A stretch of DNA of 64,000 nucleotides. Source: Octopus vulgaris. Lineage: Eukaryota. Shown piece by piece: positions 12,312 to 27,299 of the stretch. The stretch spans positions 67,828,001 to 67,892,000 of the forward strand of contig OX597819.1 in the NCBI GenBank assembly GCA_951406725.2, given 5' to 3'. The position numbers and the translations under genes were made by a program. Position 1 is the first letter of the stretch. Each line of letters opens with the position of its first letter. The notes beneath the pieces were generated by a model that worked only from the letters and a program-made list of their open reading frames with translations, was not told the DNA's origin and made no database searches.

Positions 12312-12510
12312 ACACCATCATCATCACCTCCACCATTATCATCTTCATCAACACCATCATCATCATCATCATTGCCTTCATCACCACCATCACACTACCA
12401 CCACCACCACCATCATCATCATAATCATCATGATCACCATCAACACCGTCATCATCATCAAAACCATCATCACCATCGTCATCATCCTTATCCACGTCTC
12501 CATCATGACC
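12240..12510. repeat. Degenerate (CAT/CAC)n microsatellite
   Basis: Direct inspection. Confidence 0.9.
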
Positions 12511-12903
12511 ATTCTAAAGATGTGTCATGAAACTTGATACACTAGTTTTAAAATACTGAGAAAAACAGTTCAATTGCAGTATTTTATGGACACTGTTTCA
12601 TTTTAGCCAAAATTTGTAAGTTGAGAACGATATAAAAAATCTGGTTTTATATTCCAAAGTAGGAATATATATGTATAATAAATGATTGGTACTACTCATG
12701 AATTCAGACGTGATGGTCACAGTCCCATAGATTCGGATTAGTCTTTGATGAAATTATGAGAATTGCAAACAAAATTCTGGAGCTGAATATTCTCAACTCA
12801 GGTATCAACGTTTCGTATCTGAAATCTTTGGTGATTTCTTATTACCTGATTTCAAGTAAAGAATAACCGGTAATTATGAACTATCTGTGAGTCTTCCATA
12901 CTC

Positions 12904-13697
<794 letters not shown>

Positions 13698-13718
<21 letters not shown>

Positions 13719-13926
13719 TAGTACTGCATCAGGGCATCCTGGTACTGCATCAGCGCATCCTGGTACTGCATCAGGGCATTTAGATACTGCATCAGGGCAT
13801 CCTAGTACTGCATCAGGGCATCCTGGTACTGCATCAGGGCATTTATTGGTACTGCATCAGGGCATCCTGGTACTGCATCAGGGCATTTAGGTACTGCATC
13901 AGGGCATCCTGGTACTGCATCAGAGC

Positions 13927-13930
<4 letters not shown>
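13698..13930. repeat. Tandem array of 11 copies of a ~21-nt unit (CCTG or TTAG + GTACTGCATCAGGGCAT)
   Basis: The unit equals the terminal 21 nt of the adjacent element. Confidence 0.95.
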
Positions 13931-13983
<53 letters not shown>

Positions 13984-13984
<1 letters not shown>

Positions 13985-14222
13985 AAGCTGGAAGACTACT
14001 ATAAAATAACCACCATAGGACTGCAAAAATACCTACTTCAGAAGCAAGGAAAGCTGATACAAATAGCGGCGAAACACGAGCAAAACAAAAAATTGTTCGC
14101 AGTATTTACTGAAGCTGACAAATACAAACAAACAAGAAATCTTACTACCTAACAAATATGAAGAAGAAGAAGAAGAAGAAGAAGAAGAAGAAGAAGAAGA
14201 AGAAGAAGAAGAAGAAGAAGAA

Positions 14223-14268
<46 letters not shown>

Positions 14269-15210
14269 TTGATGAAGAAACAACAACAAAAGCTATAAAG
14301 CAAATGAAATCAAAACTAAAACTAGAACAGCAACGGTCCATGATAAAGAAATGGCAAGAAACGCCCCTTCATGGCAAGTACTGGACTAAACTAAATGCAA
14401 AAGAAATAGACAAAGAAAAATCCTAGCAATGGCTGAGAAGCTCTGGACTCAAAGCAGAGACAGAGGGATTCTTAATTGCAGCACAAGACCAAAGCCTCCC
14501 CACCAGAAATTACCAAAAACATGTAATGAAAAGAAATATAACAAGTAACTGCAGAATATGTGGAGATGGTCAAGAAATAATAAATCATATTATCTCTGGC
14601 TGCCCAGTCGTGGCTAAGAAGTAATATATTCACAGATACGACAGAGTTGGGACCTACATACTCTGGAAGCTATGCCAACATTATGGAATAACAGAAAAAA
14701 GATGGTATAGGCACACACCGGAAAAGGTCACAGAGAACGAGAAAGCCACCACACTCTGGGATATGCCAATACACACAGATAGAGAAATTAAGGCCAACAG
14801 GCCAGATATGTTGTCAGAGATCATGAAGATAAACATGCTTTCTAATTGATGTATCAATACCAGCAGATGACAACTTTTCTCTAAAAGAAATGGAGAAACT
14901 TTCAAAATAAAAAGACCTGGAAATAGAGGTAACTGGAATGTGGAATCTAAAAACAGAAGCAATTCCTATCATAGTAGGTGCATTAGGCATAATAAAAAAT
15001 ATTGAGACAAATACATAACAAAAATACCAGGACTTACAAACACATATAACATACAGAAAATTGTACTACTCGGCACTGCACACATCCTACGCAGAACACT
15101 TTCAATACAGTAACCATCAGAGCATCACAACAAATCACAGCACATGCCCAAGGCACACAGAGCTGCGCTCGGTAGTGGAGTGAAAGCACGTTATAAAAAT
15201 AAAACTACTG
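13984..15210 (+). mobile_element. R4/Dong-type non-LTR retrotransposon, 5'-truncated (CCHC knuckle plus restriction-like endonuclease)
   Basis: LHGKYW, WLRSSGLKAETEGFLIAAQDQ, CRICG..E.INHIISGC, LWDMPIHTDREIKANRPD, LIDVSIP, IPIIVGALG (with stops and frameshifts). The 3' end runs into (AAT)n, the known Dong target. Confidence 0.88.
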
Positions 15211-15231
15211 AATGATAATAATAATGATAAT

Positions 15232-15265
<34 letters not shown>

Positions 15266-15279
15266 GTAATAATAATAAC

Positions 15280-15363
<84 letters not shown>

Positions 15364-15364
<1 letters not shown>

Positions 15365-15697
15365 CGGAGCATCATAGCCGTGTGTTGAAAGGAATTCTTG
15401 GAGGTTTGGATAATTCACCTTTGGAAAAATGGATGGTTCGTTGAACATCCTTAAACAATCCTTATTCAGGGAACTTTTGAGTCGGATGATCTACTCGACC
15501 AAAGGAAATTTCTAACAGGCCTCCACCTGTAAGGTCATGTGCTGTTTATCTTGATATGAGATCACGATGTCACGCACATATGGCTGTGATGCATGTGCCT
15601 GGTGTACCCTTATCAGACGGGTAGTCATGATGGGTATGCAGGGCTTCGTAAATTTTACCCCAGTGTCACTTTGACGGCATGCACTGCTCTCTCACTC

Positions 15698-15698
<1 letters not shown>
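15364..15698 (+). mobile_element. 5'-truncated copy of the (AAT)n-associated non-coding retroposon
   Basis: Reverse complement of 13161-~13495. Ends GCTCTCTCACTCA followed by (ATA)n. Confidence 0.85.
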
Positions 15699-15747
<49 letters not shown>

Positions 15748-15748
<1 letters not shown>

Positions 15749-16884
15749 GGCTATATATACAAAGTATCGAAGGTGTTAGAAGCCTCATACAGCTAGAAAA
15801 CTATTACAAAATTACCACCAAAAGACTAAAGGACTACTTACTTCAGATGCAAGGAACACTAATACAAAGAGTAATAAAAACACGAACAAAACAAAAGACT
15901 GTTTTCAGACTTTAAGGAAGCTGACAAATAGGAAAAAGAAGTCATACTACCTAACAACTATGAAGAAAAAGAAGAAACAACAAAAGTTGTAAGACAACTG
16001 AAATCCAAACTAAACCTTGAACAGCAAAGGGTCATGATAAAACGATGTCAAGAAAAACCCCTTCATGGCAAATACTGGGTTAAAGTAAATGGAAAAGAAA
16101 TAGACAAAGCAAAATTCCAACACTGGTTGAGAAGTTCAGGAGAAAAAGCAGAGACTGAAGGATGTTTAGTTACAGCAGAAGATCATATCCTCCTCACCAG
16201 AAATTACCAAATACATATAATGAAAAGAAACATAACAAGTAACTGCAGAGTATGTGGAGATGGAGAAGAAACAATTAATCTTATTTTTTCTGGTAGCCCA
16301 GTCCTGGCTAAGAAGGAATAAATTCACAGACACGACAGAGTTGTGACCTATGAATACTGGAAACAATACCAACACTATGGAATAACAGTAGAAAAAAGAT
16401 GGTATCGGCACACGCCAGAAAGGGTCACAGAAAATGAGAAAGCAATCATAGTCTGGGATATGTCAATACACACAGATAGATAAATTAAGGTCAATAGGCC
16501 GGATATAGTTGTCAGAGATCACCAATAAAATCCTTTCTAATCGATGTACCAATAACAACAGATAACAATGTTTTTTTTAAAAGAAACGGTGATACTTGGA
16601 AAATACAAAGATCTGGAAATAGAGGTAACTCGAATCTGGATCCTAAAAACAGAAACAATTTCTATCATAGCAGGTGCATTAGGTATGATAAAAAAGATAT
16701 TCAGACAAATACATAACAAAATCACCAGGACTTACAAGTATATATAACATACAGAAAATAGTACTACTAAGCACCGGGTACACCCTACCGAAAACACTTT
16801 CAAAAAAGTGAAAATAAGAGCCCCACTGCACATATTCAAAGCACAGAGATGCGCTCGGTAAAGCACATGATAAAAATAAGAGTA

Positions 16885-16887
<3 letters not shown>
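15748..16887 (+). mobile_element. R4/Dong-type LINE, second 5'-truncated copy
   Basis: ORF 16034-16321 (HGKYW...ETEG...CRVCG..ETIN) is collinear with 13984-15210. Flanked by (AAT)n on both sides. Confidence 0.88.
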
Positions 16888-16927
<40 letters not shown>

Positions 16928-16957
16928 TATCATTGTTGTTATTATTATAGCTGCAAC

Positions 16958-17025
<68 letters not shown>

Positions 17026-17324
17026 TGTCTGTGTGCGAGGAGGAACCTCTCTGGTGAAACGTATTGAATGGCAGGTCCACTATTTTTATTTCGGATGAGT
17101 TATAATAGAACGTATGCGAAAGCCTACTATAGGGCGTCTTTTTATAAATAAACACATAGACAAACCCACACACACAAATATGAGTTTCTGTGTGTGTTTT
17201 GGATTATGTGTGCTTGCGTATGTAACTCTATATGAACTCAATTACTTAACACGCGTCTTTTTCATGCGGCACCAGGTGAACATTAATATTTCCACACCTG
17301 TTGCAAAATTTCCGTCTCGAAAAA

Positions 17325-17387
<63 letters not shown>

Positions 17388-20209
17388 TGTGTATGTGTGA
17401 TTGTGTTTCTGTGCCTATGTGTTTGTATATACATGTATATATATATATATATATGTTTGTGTATATGTGTGTATTTTTATGTGTGTGTGTGTGTGTGTGT
17501 AAGTATATGTGTGTCTGTGTTATGCTTTTGTGTATGCATATACTCACATAAGCAGTGAAATGAAAAGATGTTGGAATGAGATGTTACAGACATAAACAGC
17601 CAGCAAATGAGTTTCGGAACAATTGATACGAAATAAAAAATATATATGTATATTAAAAGAACATAGAAAATATAAGAGATATCCGGGGCAGTCACGACAT
17701 ATAAAACATTATTTGACAATCACTTAGTTCATAGACAGCACATCGTTTCTTTTTCAGATGCAGATAATCAATACAGTACATATCTACTTTGCTGTAAAAA
17801 AAAATGTTTATTTTTCAACGGAAATTAGATTTTATTCATCACAATGATCAGACGATAGACTTATGTATTAATGTTATGTTGTTTAAAGAAAGGTGTTTTA
17901 GAAAATATTTTATAAGTAAGAGTAAAATATATTGACATAGAAAGGACCAAACTGTGCCACCAAGTACATTCCGTAACAACAGCATCGTTAATTCTGAGAG
18001 TTATATTTTGGTGCCCTACAACTTCAGTGGTTTTCGTAATCCGAACACAAACCTCAGGGCATAAACTTGTAGTGGCGTCGTTATTATGCATATATTATTG
18101 TAGAAATACATTATTGTAGGAAGTTCTGATGCTGATTAAAGCTTTTTACACATGCTAACAGTTCAATATCAGAGGCAGGTTATGCAATTGTAAGAGCATA
18201 GAATCTCCTTGTTTACAAAGTTACTTGGATAAAATTATTACGATGCAACAACTAATATATCACATATTGCAGGTTAATAAGACCAGACTATTTTCGGATA
18301 TAACGGGTGCTTGGCTGCGATGTGTAGATGTTTCAGTATGAACGGACGAGCTTATGTTCAATATTTAATTTGCTTTTAACGGAAACATTTTTAATGGAAA
18401 TACCACCAGATTCTGGTTCTCGAAACAATGAGCTTTAGCTACAGAAAATTTTGTCATGATCCCATCATTTAATCCTTTAAAGAAATTCACTATGGTGTAA
18501 GGCACACAGTCTTACTGCCAAATACAAATTTGATTAATTCAATTTAGCATTATGGTCAGAGATTATGTGAGACAGCTGTGTTTCATTTTTAGCTGTTTTT
18601 ATTTCTGTTAACTTAAAAAGTTTGGTAGAAAAGAACAGGGATCAGATAATGAAATATGGCAGTCCATCGACTGAGCTTTATCTGAAATCATTACAATTTA
18701 TTCCACAACGTAATCTGCATCTTAATAAATGCATTGAAATTATGCAACAGCATAAATGATAATTAAATTTGAAATGATAATTAAATGAGATGATAATTAA
18801 ATTTCCAATTATTAAAATAAAAAAAATAAAATTATGTAAATAAAGTCGATCTTGATGTTAATGTCATTTGTTCATAAAACAGCTATAAACACTATAATAA
18901 ACATTACTGTAGTCAATATAAGCATGCACCATCAATATGGTAAATGAAATCCTGTAAAAGGAATCACTTTTAAGAACTGTGTAAAAGTACAAAATATTTT
19001 AGGAATTGAAAATGGCTCTGGTGCAGTTATTTGTGAAATTGGCGCAAATTATTAAATAATTTCAAATCTTTTCGACAAGGCCAGCGATTACATCATCTGG
19101 TACTTATACTTATTTTACCGACTCCCGATAGGATGCAAGGCAAATTCAACTTCTGTGGAATTTGAAATCAGAATGCAATGGTGGAAGAAAACCGCTGAAA
19201 ATTTTGCCTGATGTGCTAATAATTCTGCCAACATATCGCATTTAACGTTGAGATGATTGTCCACACATCTTGGGAGGTGTGATGTAATACCTCGGAATTT
19301 CATGTTGGATCTAAATAAGGCAAAACTGGAGAAAAAATGTGAAAGGAGCGGAAGTAGATAGAGGGTTGGTTTTCAGATACGTTTTAAAGTTTTACACGTT
19401 AATGCAACGTTATATGTACGTAAAACTTTAAGCGTCATTATTTGTTAACTGAAGAAAATTGGTGGCATTTTTGCTAAGAATGTAATTTATGTTAACATTA
19501 ATTTATGACAATGATGTAACAGACTTATTTGAGAGATTATGAGGGATTAAGTTGTCTCACGATCAGCTAAGGAAATAAGCAGTAGGTCTTCTAGAAAAGT
19601 AATATCCAATTGAGATTAAATGGGTCTTATTTTTAATTGTTCTATAAAGTGTAGATATGATCCTATGCCTACATGAAAGCTCCAAAGTAGCTGTGAACTA
19701 CAGTATTTGTTCAGTTCCGTATACATGTTCGAAAACTGTCGATATTTTATTTTCCATCTAGCATGAAATATTTTGCTCAACTGGAGTAAAAGGAACCAGT
19801 CATTATATAAAAACTACTTAGCAAGCGAAGGAGGTTAAAACGATAAAAACGCTGAAGTGTCTTTTGAAATGGATATGTCCTCTATATGAAATTAAATCAG
19901 CCGGCATATTAAACATTTCTTCGAGGAGAAATATAATATCAAAATAATATTATTATTTTTTAAAATGATGTATGTTATTGAGAAAAACTGCTAAAAATCT
20001 AAATTCATATCACGTCATCATAAAACAATTCAGCACACTCTTTCACACTCTCCCTTTCTCTCTGTTTCTCTTACTCCTTTGTCTCTCCCCTAAAAATTAT
20101 TTCCTCGGCTATCAATGTACTTCCTTACTATTCTCTTTCTATAGTCGCTCCTCGTACAGGAGCTGATGTTGATTTGCATCTAAGCATATAGCTACCAATG
20201 TAGATAATC

Positions 20210-21019
20210 CTTTTTATTATAGAAGGAAAGCCTGAAATTTTGTTGGAAGAAGCAATTTGATTACATTCAGCCAAGTATACAACTGGTACTTATTTAATCG
20301 ATCGCGAAACGATGAAATTCAAAGTTGACGTCAGCGAAATTTGAACCCGGAACGTAAAGACACACTAAATGTTATTAAGCATTTTGTTCGTCGTGCTAAA
20401 GATTCCGCTAGCTCACCATCTTAAGTCATCGTAAATTATTATTTCTATCATAAGTACAAGGCCTGAAATTTCAGGGGAGGAAGCCATTCGGTTACATCGA
20501 CCTCGGTATGCAACTGGTACTTAATTTATCGACCCCGAAAGGATGAAAGGCAAAGTCTCCACCGGCGCAATTTGAACTCAGAACAAAGCGACAGACATAA
20601 TACCTATTTCTTTACTGCCCACAAGGGGCTACACACAGAGAGGACAAAGAAGGACAGAAAAACGAATTAAGTCGGTTACATCGACCCCAGTGCGCAACTG
20701 GTACTTATTTAATCGATCCCAAAAGGATGAAAGACAACGTCGACCTCGGATGAATTTGAACTCAGAACGTAGCTGCAGATGAAATACCTATTTCTTTATT
20801 ACCCACAAGGGGCTAAACATAGAGGGAACAAACAAGGACAGACATAGGTATTAAGTCGATTACATCGACCCCAGTGCGTAACTGGTACTTAATTTATCGA
20901 CCCCGAAAGGATGAAAGGCAAAGTCGACCTCGGCGGAATTTGAACTCACAACGTAACGACAGACGAATTATGGCAACGCATTTCGCCCGGCGTGCTAACG
21001 TTTCTGCCAGCTCGCCGCC
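20210..21019 (-). mobile_element. Family C SINEs: monomer (20210-20420) and trimer (20445-21019)
   Basis: GAACTC B-box marks at 20574, 20758 and 20942 (period 184). The head ends ...CTCGCCGCC at 21019. Confidence 0.88.
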
Positions 21020-21361
21020 TTAAGTCATTGTAAATAATACTAAACAAAATTTGCAATCATAAAAAATACTGACGTAACGAGCTAGATTCTTGATAATGGT
21101 ACTGATCAATACTATTGATGATCGTAATAAACGACAACTGTATTAGTGATAATAGGAGTTTGGAGTATGATAATTGATGGTACTCTAAAAACATATGGAT
21201 AGATATCAAGAAACAGAATAGTACAAGAATTACAAAGAATTGTTTTGAGAGTATTCTCCACATCCTTATAAAAAAATGAAGACCTAAAACTATCGGATTC
21301 AACGAAAACTCTTTCGAAACTAAACAATTACAATTTAACAATATCATTATTATTATTATTA

Positions 21362-21438
<77 letters not shown>

Positions 21439-21446
21439 ATCATTAT

Positions 21447-21541
21447 TGAGTGAGAGAGTAGTGCATGTCGTCAAAGTGACACTGGGGTAATACATAAGAA
21501 GCCCAGTATACCAATCATGACTATTATTATTTTTAATAATG

Positions 21542-21610
<69 letters not shown>

Positions 21611-21760
21611 GCCCTGATGCAGTACCAAGCAGTGGCCCTCATGGCTTAACTGATTGGAAGTGTTATCATGTAAATTGTTATGTCTTGGGATAAAAGATGG
21701 GCTACAGCAAATATACTGCTCAATACCACAGACTTGCTCGTCAGTTGTTTGAACTTAACC
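21447..21760. mobile_element. Two fragments of the (AAT)n-associated retroposon: 3' end on minus (21447-21522) and 5' end on plus (21607-21760)
   Basis: They match the two ends of 13161-13718 and are separated by a (TTA)n-to-(AAT)n polarity switch. Confidence 0.8.
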
Positions 21761-21761
21761 T

Positions 21762-22564
21762 TGGGATGTCCTGTACTGACACCAAACAAATATAAAAATC
21801 GCTACGCTATATTTGAATAGTATTTACATTAGAGAATATGTAATCACTACAAAATCAGCACTCTTACTAACTGGTATGAACATCATCCTGAGTTAGTCGC
21901 TGAAGGAAAAAATGTCACTATCCTCTGGGATTTTCCACTCAACACCGACAGAATGATCCAGGCTAACCGACCAGATATAGTTATTAAAGACAGGGAACAA
22001 ACTACTTGTACACTAATGGATGTAAGTTTTTCCGCTGACTAGAATATTTCTGTAAAGGAATTTGACAAATTAAGTAAATATACGATCCTGGAATAGAAAT
22101 GCAAAAGATGTGGCTGCTTAATGCGTGATCTGTTCCTGTTATTGTGTATAACCTAGGTATGATAAGAAAGGGTTATCAGAAACATCTAGATAATATCCCA
22201 AGAGAACCCCATCTCAGAGAATTCCAAAACAATCGTGCTGTCAAGTACTACACACACACTTAGAAAACCCCAACCAATTTAAATGTCTGTATTGTATTAC
22301 ATGAAGATATCTTACTACTGCCTCTGAGTCTTAACCTCCTCAAGCTTTCATCCTTGAAAGGATCGATAAACTAAGTACCAGTTGCGTAGTGGGATCAATC
22401 TAATCGAATTGTCCCCTCACCCAAAATTTAGGGCCTTGTACCTATAGCAGAAAAGAATGCTTAGCGGTATTTCGCCCGCCGGGGTCGACTTTGCCTTTCA
22501 TCCTTCAGTCACCCCAGGACACTGGTTGTGTCTCGGCAAATCATTATAACAAAGATTAAAAGTA

Positions 22565-22567
<3 letters not shown>
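21762..22567 (+). mobile_element. R4/Dong-type LINE 3' fragment, different subfamily, interrupted by a family C SINE (~22340-22505)
   Basis: GCPVL...YKNR, ILWDFP, NRPDIV, LMDVS motifs. Ends in (AAT)n at 22567. Confidence 0.75.
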
Positions 22568-22625
<58 letters not shown>

Positions 22626-22734
22626 CTTGTAAATACTACAAAATTAAATCCAGGCACAATCCAGAGGGTGTATTAAATGGCGAGAGCGTCACCATCCTTT
22701 GGAACTTCTCAATACAGGCAAACAGAAAAATTGA

Positions 22735-23072
22735 CTTCATCACATCGTCCCCAGTGTTTCAATGGTATTTATTTCATCGACCCCGAAAGGATGAAGGGCA
22801 AAGTCGACCCCGGCGGGATTTGAACTCAGAACATAGCGACTGGCGAAATACCGCTAAGCATTCTTTTCTGCTCTAGGTACGAGGCCCTAAATTTTGGGAG
22901 AAGGGACCATTCGATTAGATCGATCCCACTACGCAACTGGTACTTAATTTATCGAGCCCGAAAGGATGAAAGGCAAAGTCGACCCCGTAGGAATTTGAAC
23001 TCAGAACGTAGCGACGGGCTAAAAAAAAAGCATTTCGTCTAGTGTGCTTCCGATTCTGCCGGGTCGGTGCCT
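22735..23072 (-). mobile_element. Family C SINE, dimer with an alternative junction (~175-bp period)
   Basis: GAACTCAGAAC at 22822 and 22997. The junction reads CCGCTAAGCATTCTTTTCTGCTCTAGG. Confidence 0.8.
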
Positions 23073-24008
23073 TATTTTATATGGTTATCCGCAGACAAAA
23101 AAGTGAAATCGTTTTAAAGAAAATATATAGAAGCGTGCGTGTGTGTGTGCGTGTGCGTGCGTGTCTGTGTGTGCATCCGTCTGTGTGTGTGTGTGTGTGT
23201 GTATGCGTGCACTCGCTTCTCTGTGTGTGGGTGTGTGTGTGTCTGTGTGTGTGTGCCTGTCAATATATAGGATTTTATATCAAAACAGCTGTTACAAAAT
23301 ATTTCGAAATCCTACTTTTCATCAATACATCAAAATATCGGCTATTTGTAATTAAATTCTCTATAGAATTTCACTGATATTTGCCATATTTGTTATCAGA
23401 ATCTCAGACAAAATACAATGATTCCTAGACTCCAGTCAGTGTGTCTCCTATTGTGAAATAGTATAAACATGTCTAGATTACGGCTGTGTTGGATATGTAC
23501 TATTATTTGCTTGTGCTATCAGTCGGTTCAACATCAATAAAAAAAAGCAAAAATTATGATTTGTACGTTAAGATCTATCGGCATTCTGTTGATATTAAAG
23601 AAATTGAGATTTCAGACAGTTGGAGGTTGGTATGTAAACCATGGGTGATTCGATGTCATACACAAAATACAAAAAAAATATTTCAATGCCCGAAATGCCA
23701 TCATGCATCATTAGACGTACGATGGTTCGGAAAATATCAAATATTGCTTTCATATGTTTTCTAAAAGACAAGTTATTTAATAAGCAAATATCTCTATCAA
23801 AGCAGTTCAAAACCATTATTGTGTACATCAGGATTCTAAGGTATGTGTGGGTGGAAGTATGTGGCTTCTACCCAAGATAATACAACTATGAATACTTTTG
23901 CGAATGCTTCACAGGCTCACGCGCACATACAAATCATTCCCCCTCTTTCACTCACTCTATTTCATTCTCTTCTTTCCCTCTTGTCTCTCTTTGTCTCTCT
24001 ATATATAA

Positions 24009-24071
<63 letters not shown>

Positions 24072-24108
24072 CATGCATATATATATATATGTATATACAC
24101 ACACACAA

Positions 24109-24154
<46 letters not shown>

Positions 24155-24189
24155 CATATATGCATATATAAAATAAATGCGCTATTTTA

Positions 24190-24422
24190 AAGCCTAACCA
24201 GGTTCATGGGTCCGGTTTCCGGTTTCTATGGCGTATGTGTTCCCCAGCTGGACGGGACGCCAGTCCATCGCAGCGTTACTCATTTTTGCCAGCTGAGTGG
24301 ACTGGAGCAACGTAAAACGGAGTGGTTTGCTCAAGAAGACAATGCATCGCCCGGTACAGGAATCGAAACTACAATCTTACGATCATAGTGCTGACACCCT
24401 AACAACTAAGCCACGTGCCTCC
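24190..24422 (-). mobile_element. tRNA-derived SINE, family D (V-domain-like segment)
   Basis: Minus strand has A-box GTGGCTTAGTTG, B-box GTTTCGATTCC, and GCGATGGACTGGCGTCCCGTCCAG (V-SINE-like by recall). Decayed relatives at ~2300-2470 and ~36480-36650. Confidence 0.75.
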
Positions 24423-24424
24423 CC

Positions 24425-24473
<49 letters not shown>

Positions 24474-24547
24474 ATGATTGCTACGTCTTTACAGACGGGG
24501 GCCATCTCTTCAGTTAATAAATACTGTCATGAGATCTTATATCACTA

Positions 24548-24589
<42 letters not shown>

Positions 24590-25182
24590 AAGGAAACGGT
24601 AGACGGGAAACTCCGGGGCGGATGCGGGGAGAGGGAGCAGTGGCACAGTTCATATATATATAAATTATTTAGTTGCGAGGCTCAGACAAAACGCATGAAG
24701 TAATATAGAATCGTAACGGTGTTGACCATGTATGTTGAAGATACCGACATTTCACTAACATCGCCGTTATAAAGCATTTCGAATAGGATAACAAAAAGAG
24801 TTTATGATAACAAGGTGAAGATATTTGTGGAAGTGAAATTAAGAAGTCATGTTTATCTTAAGAATGTTATTTCGATTTTTTTAATACTAGGTTGACTGTA
24901 TTCTGTCGTTGATATATGCATGAGTATAACTTCATAAAATGTATGCAAATAAATCTTCAGCTAATTCATTTTTCCTTATAATAATATCATCAAAGTTCGT
25001 ACAGATAAATATCAATAGAAGAAGAACTGGATTTAACACCAATCATATGTTTACAGAAAAGCAAAATACATAAAATACTTTTATCACAACATAATGGAAA
25101 TAGGAAAATTTGTACTATTTAACATAAAGAAGATAAACATTTTTTTAAAAAGATGTCTGTCGCTAGAATGACGACAGGAAAA

Positions 25183-25373
25183 ATTTGTCAATCCTACTAA
25201 TGGAGCTCACGCCCAAAATATTGAAAGACAATATAAGACAAAATGAAACGCATATGGGCTTTCTGGACTCATATATATGCGAGTTTATGTGGCGACAAAA
25301 CTTTGGATTAAAAGAGTTAGATCCCTTTGATTCAATACTTCAACACATTGTTGACTTTTCGCCTCCTCAATAG
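25183..25373 (+). pseudogene. Merlin (IS1016/IS1595-like) transposase C-terminal relic
   Basis: FVNPTNGAHAQNIE followed, after a frameshift or deletion, by FLDSYICEFMWRQ. This matches the Merlin F.DP.TG.HTQ.IE...LDSY..EFMWR signature. Confidence 0.7.
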
Positions 25374-25480
25374 GCATTCAATAAGATGTTTAATGTTTTT
25401 TTTCATATGATTTGTTATGAAAATATTATCAGATCTAATACGATCTTTCATCTTTTCATGTTTATTGTGTGTGTATAATT

Positions 25481-25536
<56 letters not shown>

Positions 25537-26143
25537 TGTGTGTGTGTGTATGTGTGTATGTATGTATATGTATATCAATTTACATACATATATACATGCA
25601 TGCACTTTTATTTAAGTGTGTGTATATATGTCTAAAGGGATGATTTATGATTTGTTTTATGTTGTTGTTTCTTTTTGGTAAGTAGAGAATTTTGTCTCCA
25701 AATTTTATTGCCTAGGGTGACCAAAAACTGACCAGCTTTTCAACCTCGTTAATCACCATCGCCGACATGTATGTGTAAAAATGAGTATGTATGTATGTAT
25801 GTATACATTTGCGTGTGTTTGTATGTATATATGTATGAGTATACACCCACAATTTTCATTACCATTGCTTCTTTTTCTCGTCGTCTCTGTTGAAGTTTTT
25901 CTTGTAACTGTTGTCATAGTTTGTGTTGTTCTTATTTCCATTTCCTTTTATAACCTTCGTTTTTCTTTTGTCTTCCTAGAGAATTCATTGACAGGCTTCT
26001 TTCATTTACTTTCTTCCTTTCTTTTTAATATATTCACGGTACACCGTCGTATTTCTTTCCTCAACCGGTTTGTGGTGCGATTAAACTCATGGGCCTCGGG
26101 CCCTAACTTGGTTGGCCCCCACTCTTCTCAGTGGGACTGTATA

Positions 26144-26199
<56 letters not shown>

Positions 26200-26200
26200 C

Positions 26201-26241
<41 letters not shown>

Positions 26242-26975
26242 TGTGTATGTGTGTGAGTATGTGTGTGACTTTGAGTGTGTCTGCCTGCCTGCCTGTCTGT
26301 ATGTATGTATGTATGTATGTAAGAGGCATCATAATGCTTTGAGCTCACCAAGTTCACTAGTGCACCCCATTACGGGCGGTCCCGCGCCAGTTACTTTACA
26401 CCTCCCCCCCCCCCAAGGTGATGTAGAACCACACGAGATATTCTCTAATAAAGAAAAACCATCTGGAGCGGGGCCTGTGACGAGACCTGCCAGCCCACAC
26501 TGTCAGCGTTTTGGCATTCGTATAGCTTTCAGTGCCAAAATTTGACACAATTTCTTCCAGAAACTTCCAGATATATATTACTGCATACCTCTGACACCTT
26601 CACTCCAGAGATTAGAGTCTTAGCTGTTTCAGCCTTTCCTGCTAGCTGACCTGTTGCAACGGCACGACCTTCTTTGTGAAGCATCGCTGGATTGCTTCAA
26701 ATTCCGCTGTTAATTTTACACTGTTGGGTGACCATAGTTGCGACCACAGCTGGAAGCGTATCAAGCAAGGGTGGCTATCCAGGCAGCTGAGGGCATATCT
26801 AAGAGGGCCACTATGAAAAGCAGTGATCCCATGAATATATTAGCACCTGTTTCGGTACTTTTGACGTTTCAACTTACAATAAAGCAAGAAAAACAATCGA
26901 ATTGAAGAAAAATTAAATGAAATAGTTGTTTTTAAATATCTCCATAGTCTTCAAGTAGGTAGGACATTTTCTTTT

Positions 26976-27029
<54 letters not shown>

Positions 27030-27299
27030 TACTTTTTTGAAGGTCCAGTAGACAGTAGCAGATCTGACGGAACAGTTAATAAGTGCGCAGAATGTTGGTT
27101 CTTGATTTTGATTACTTAAGCCGCAGCAGCCGAGGACGTAGACCGTGATGAAAGAGAAAAAGAAGTAGGAAAAGAAGAAACAGGAGAAAAAAGAGAAAGA
27201 AAAAGATGGTAATGGTATAACAGCAGTAGAATCTTCTTTAGTGTTCAAGTGACCTAAGTCTGACCTGTTATGGTTGTAGCAGTACTGATGTTTTAGAGT

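Noticed and set aside
17861-18091. 76-aa non-repetitive ORF as a host exon
   Set aside because: No recognisable motif and no clear splice context.
25781-26545. 254-aa ORF, and the many YI/CV/HT/poly-I/poly-N ORFs
   Set aside because: They stay open because microsatellite and low-complexity tracts lack stop codons. No domain signal.
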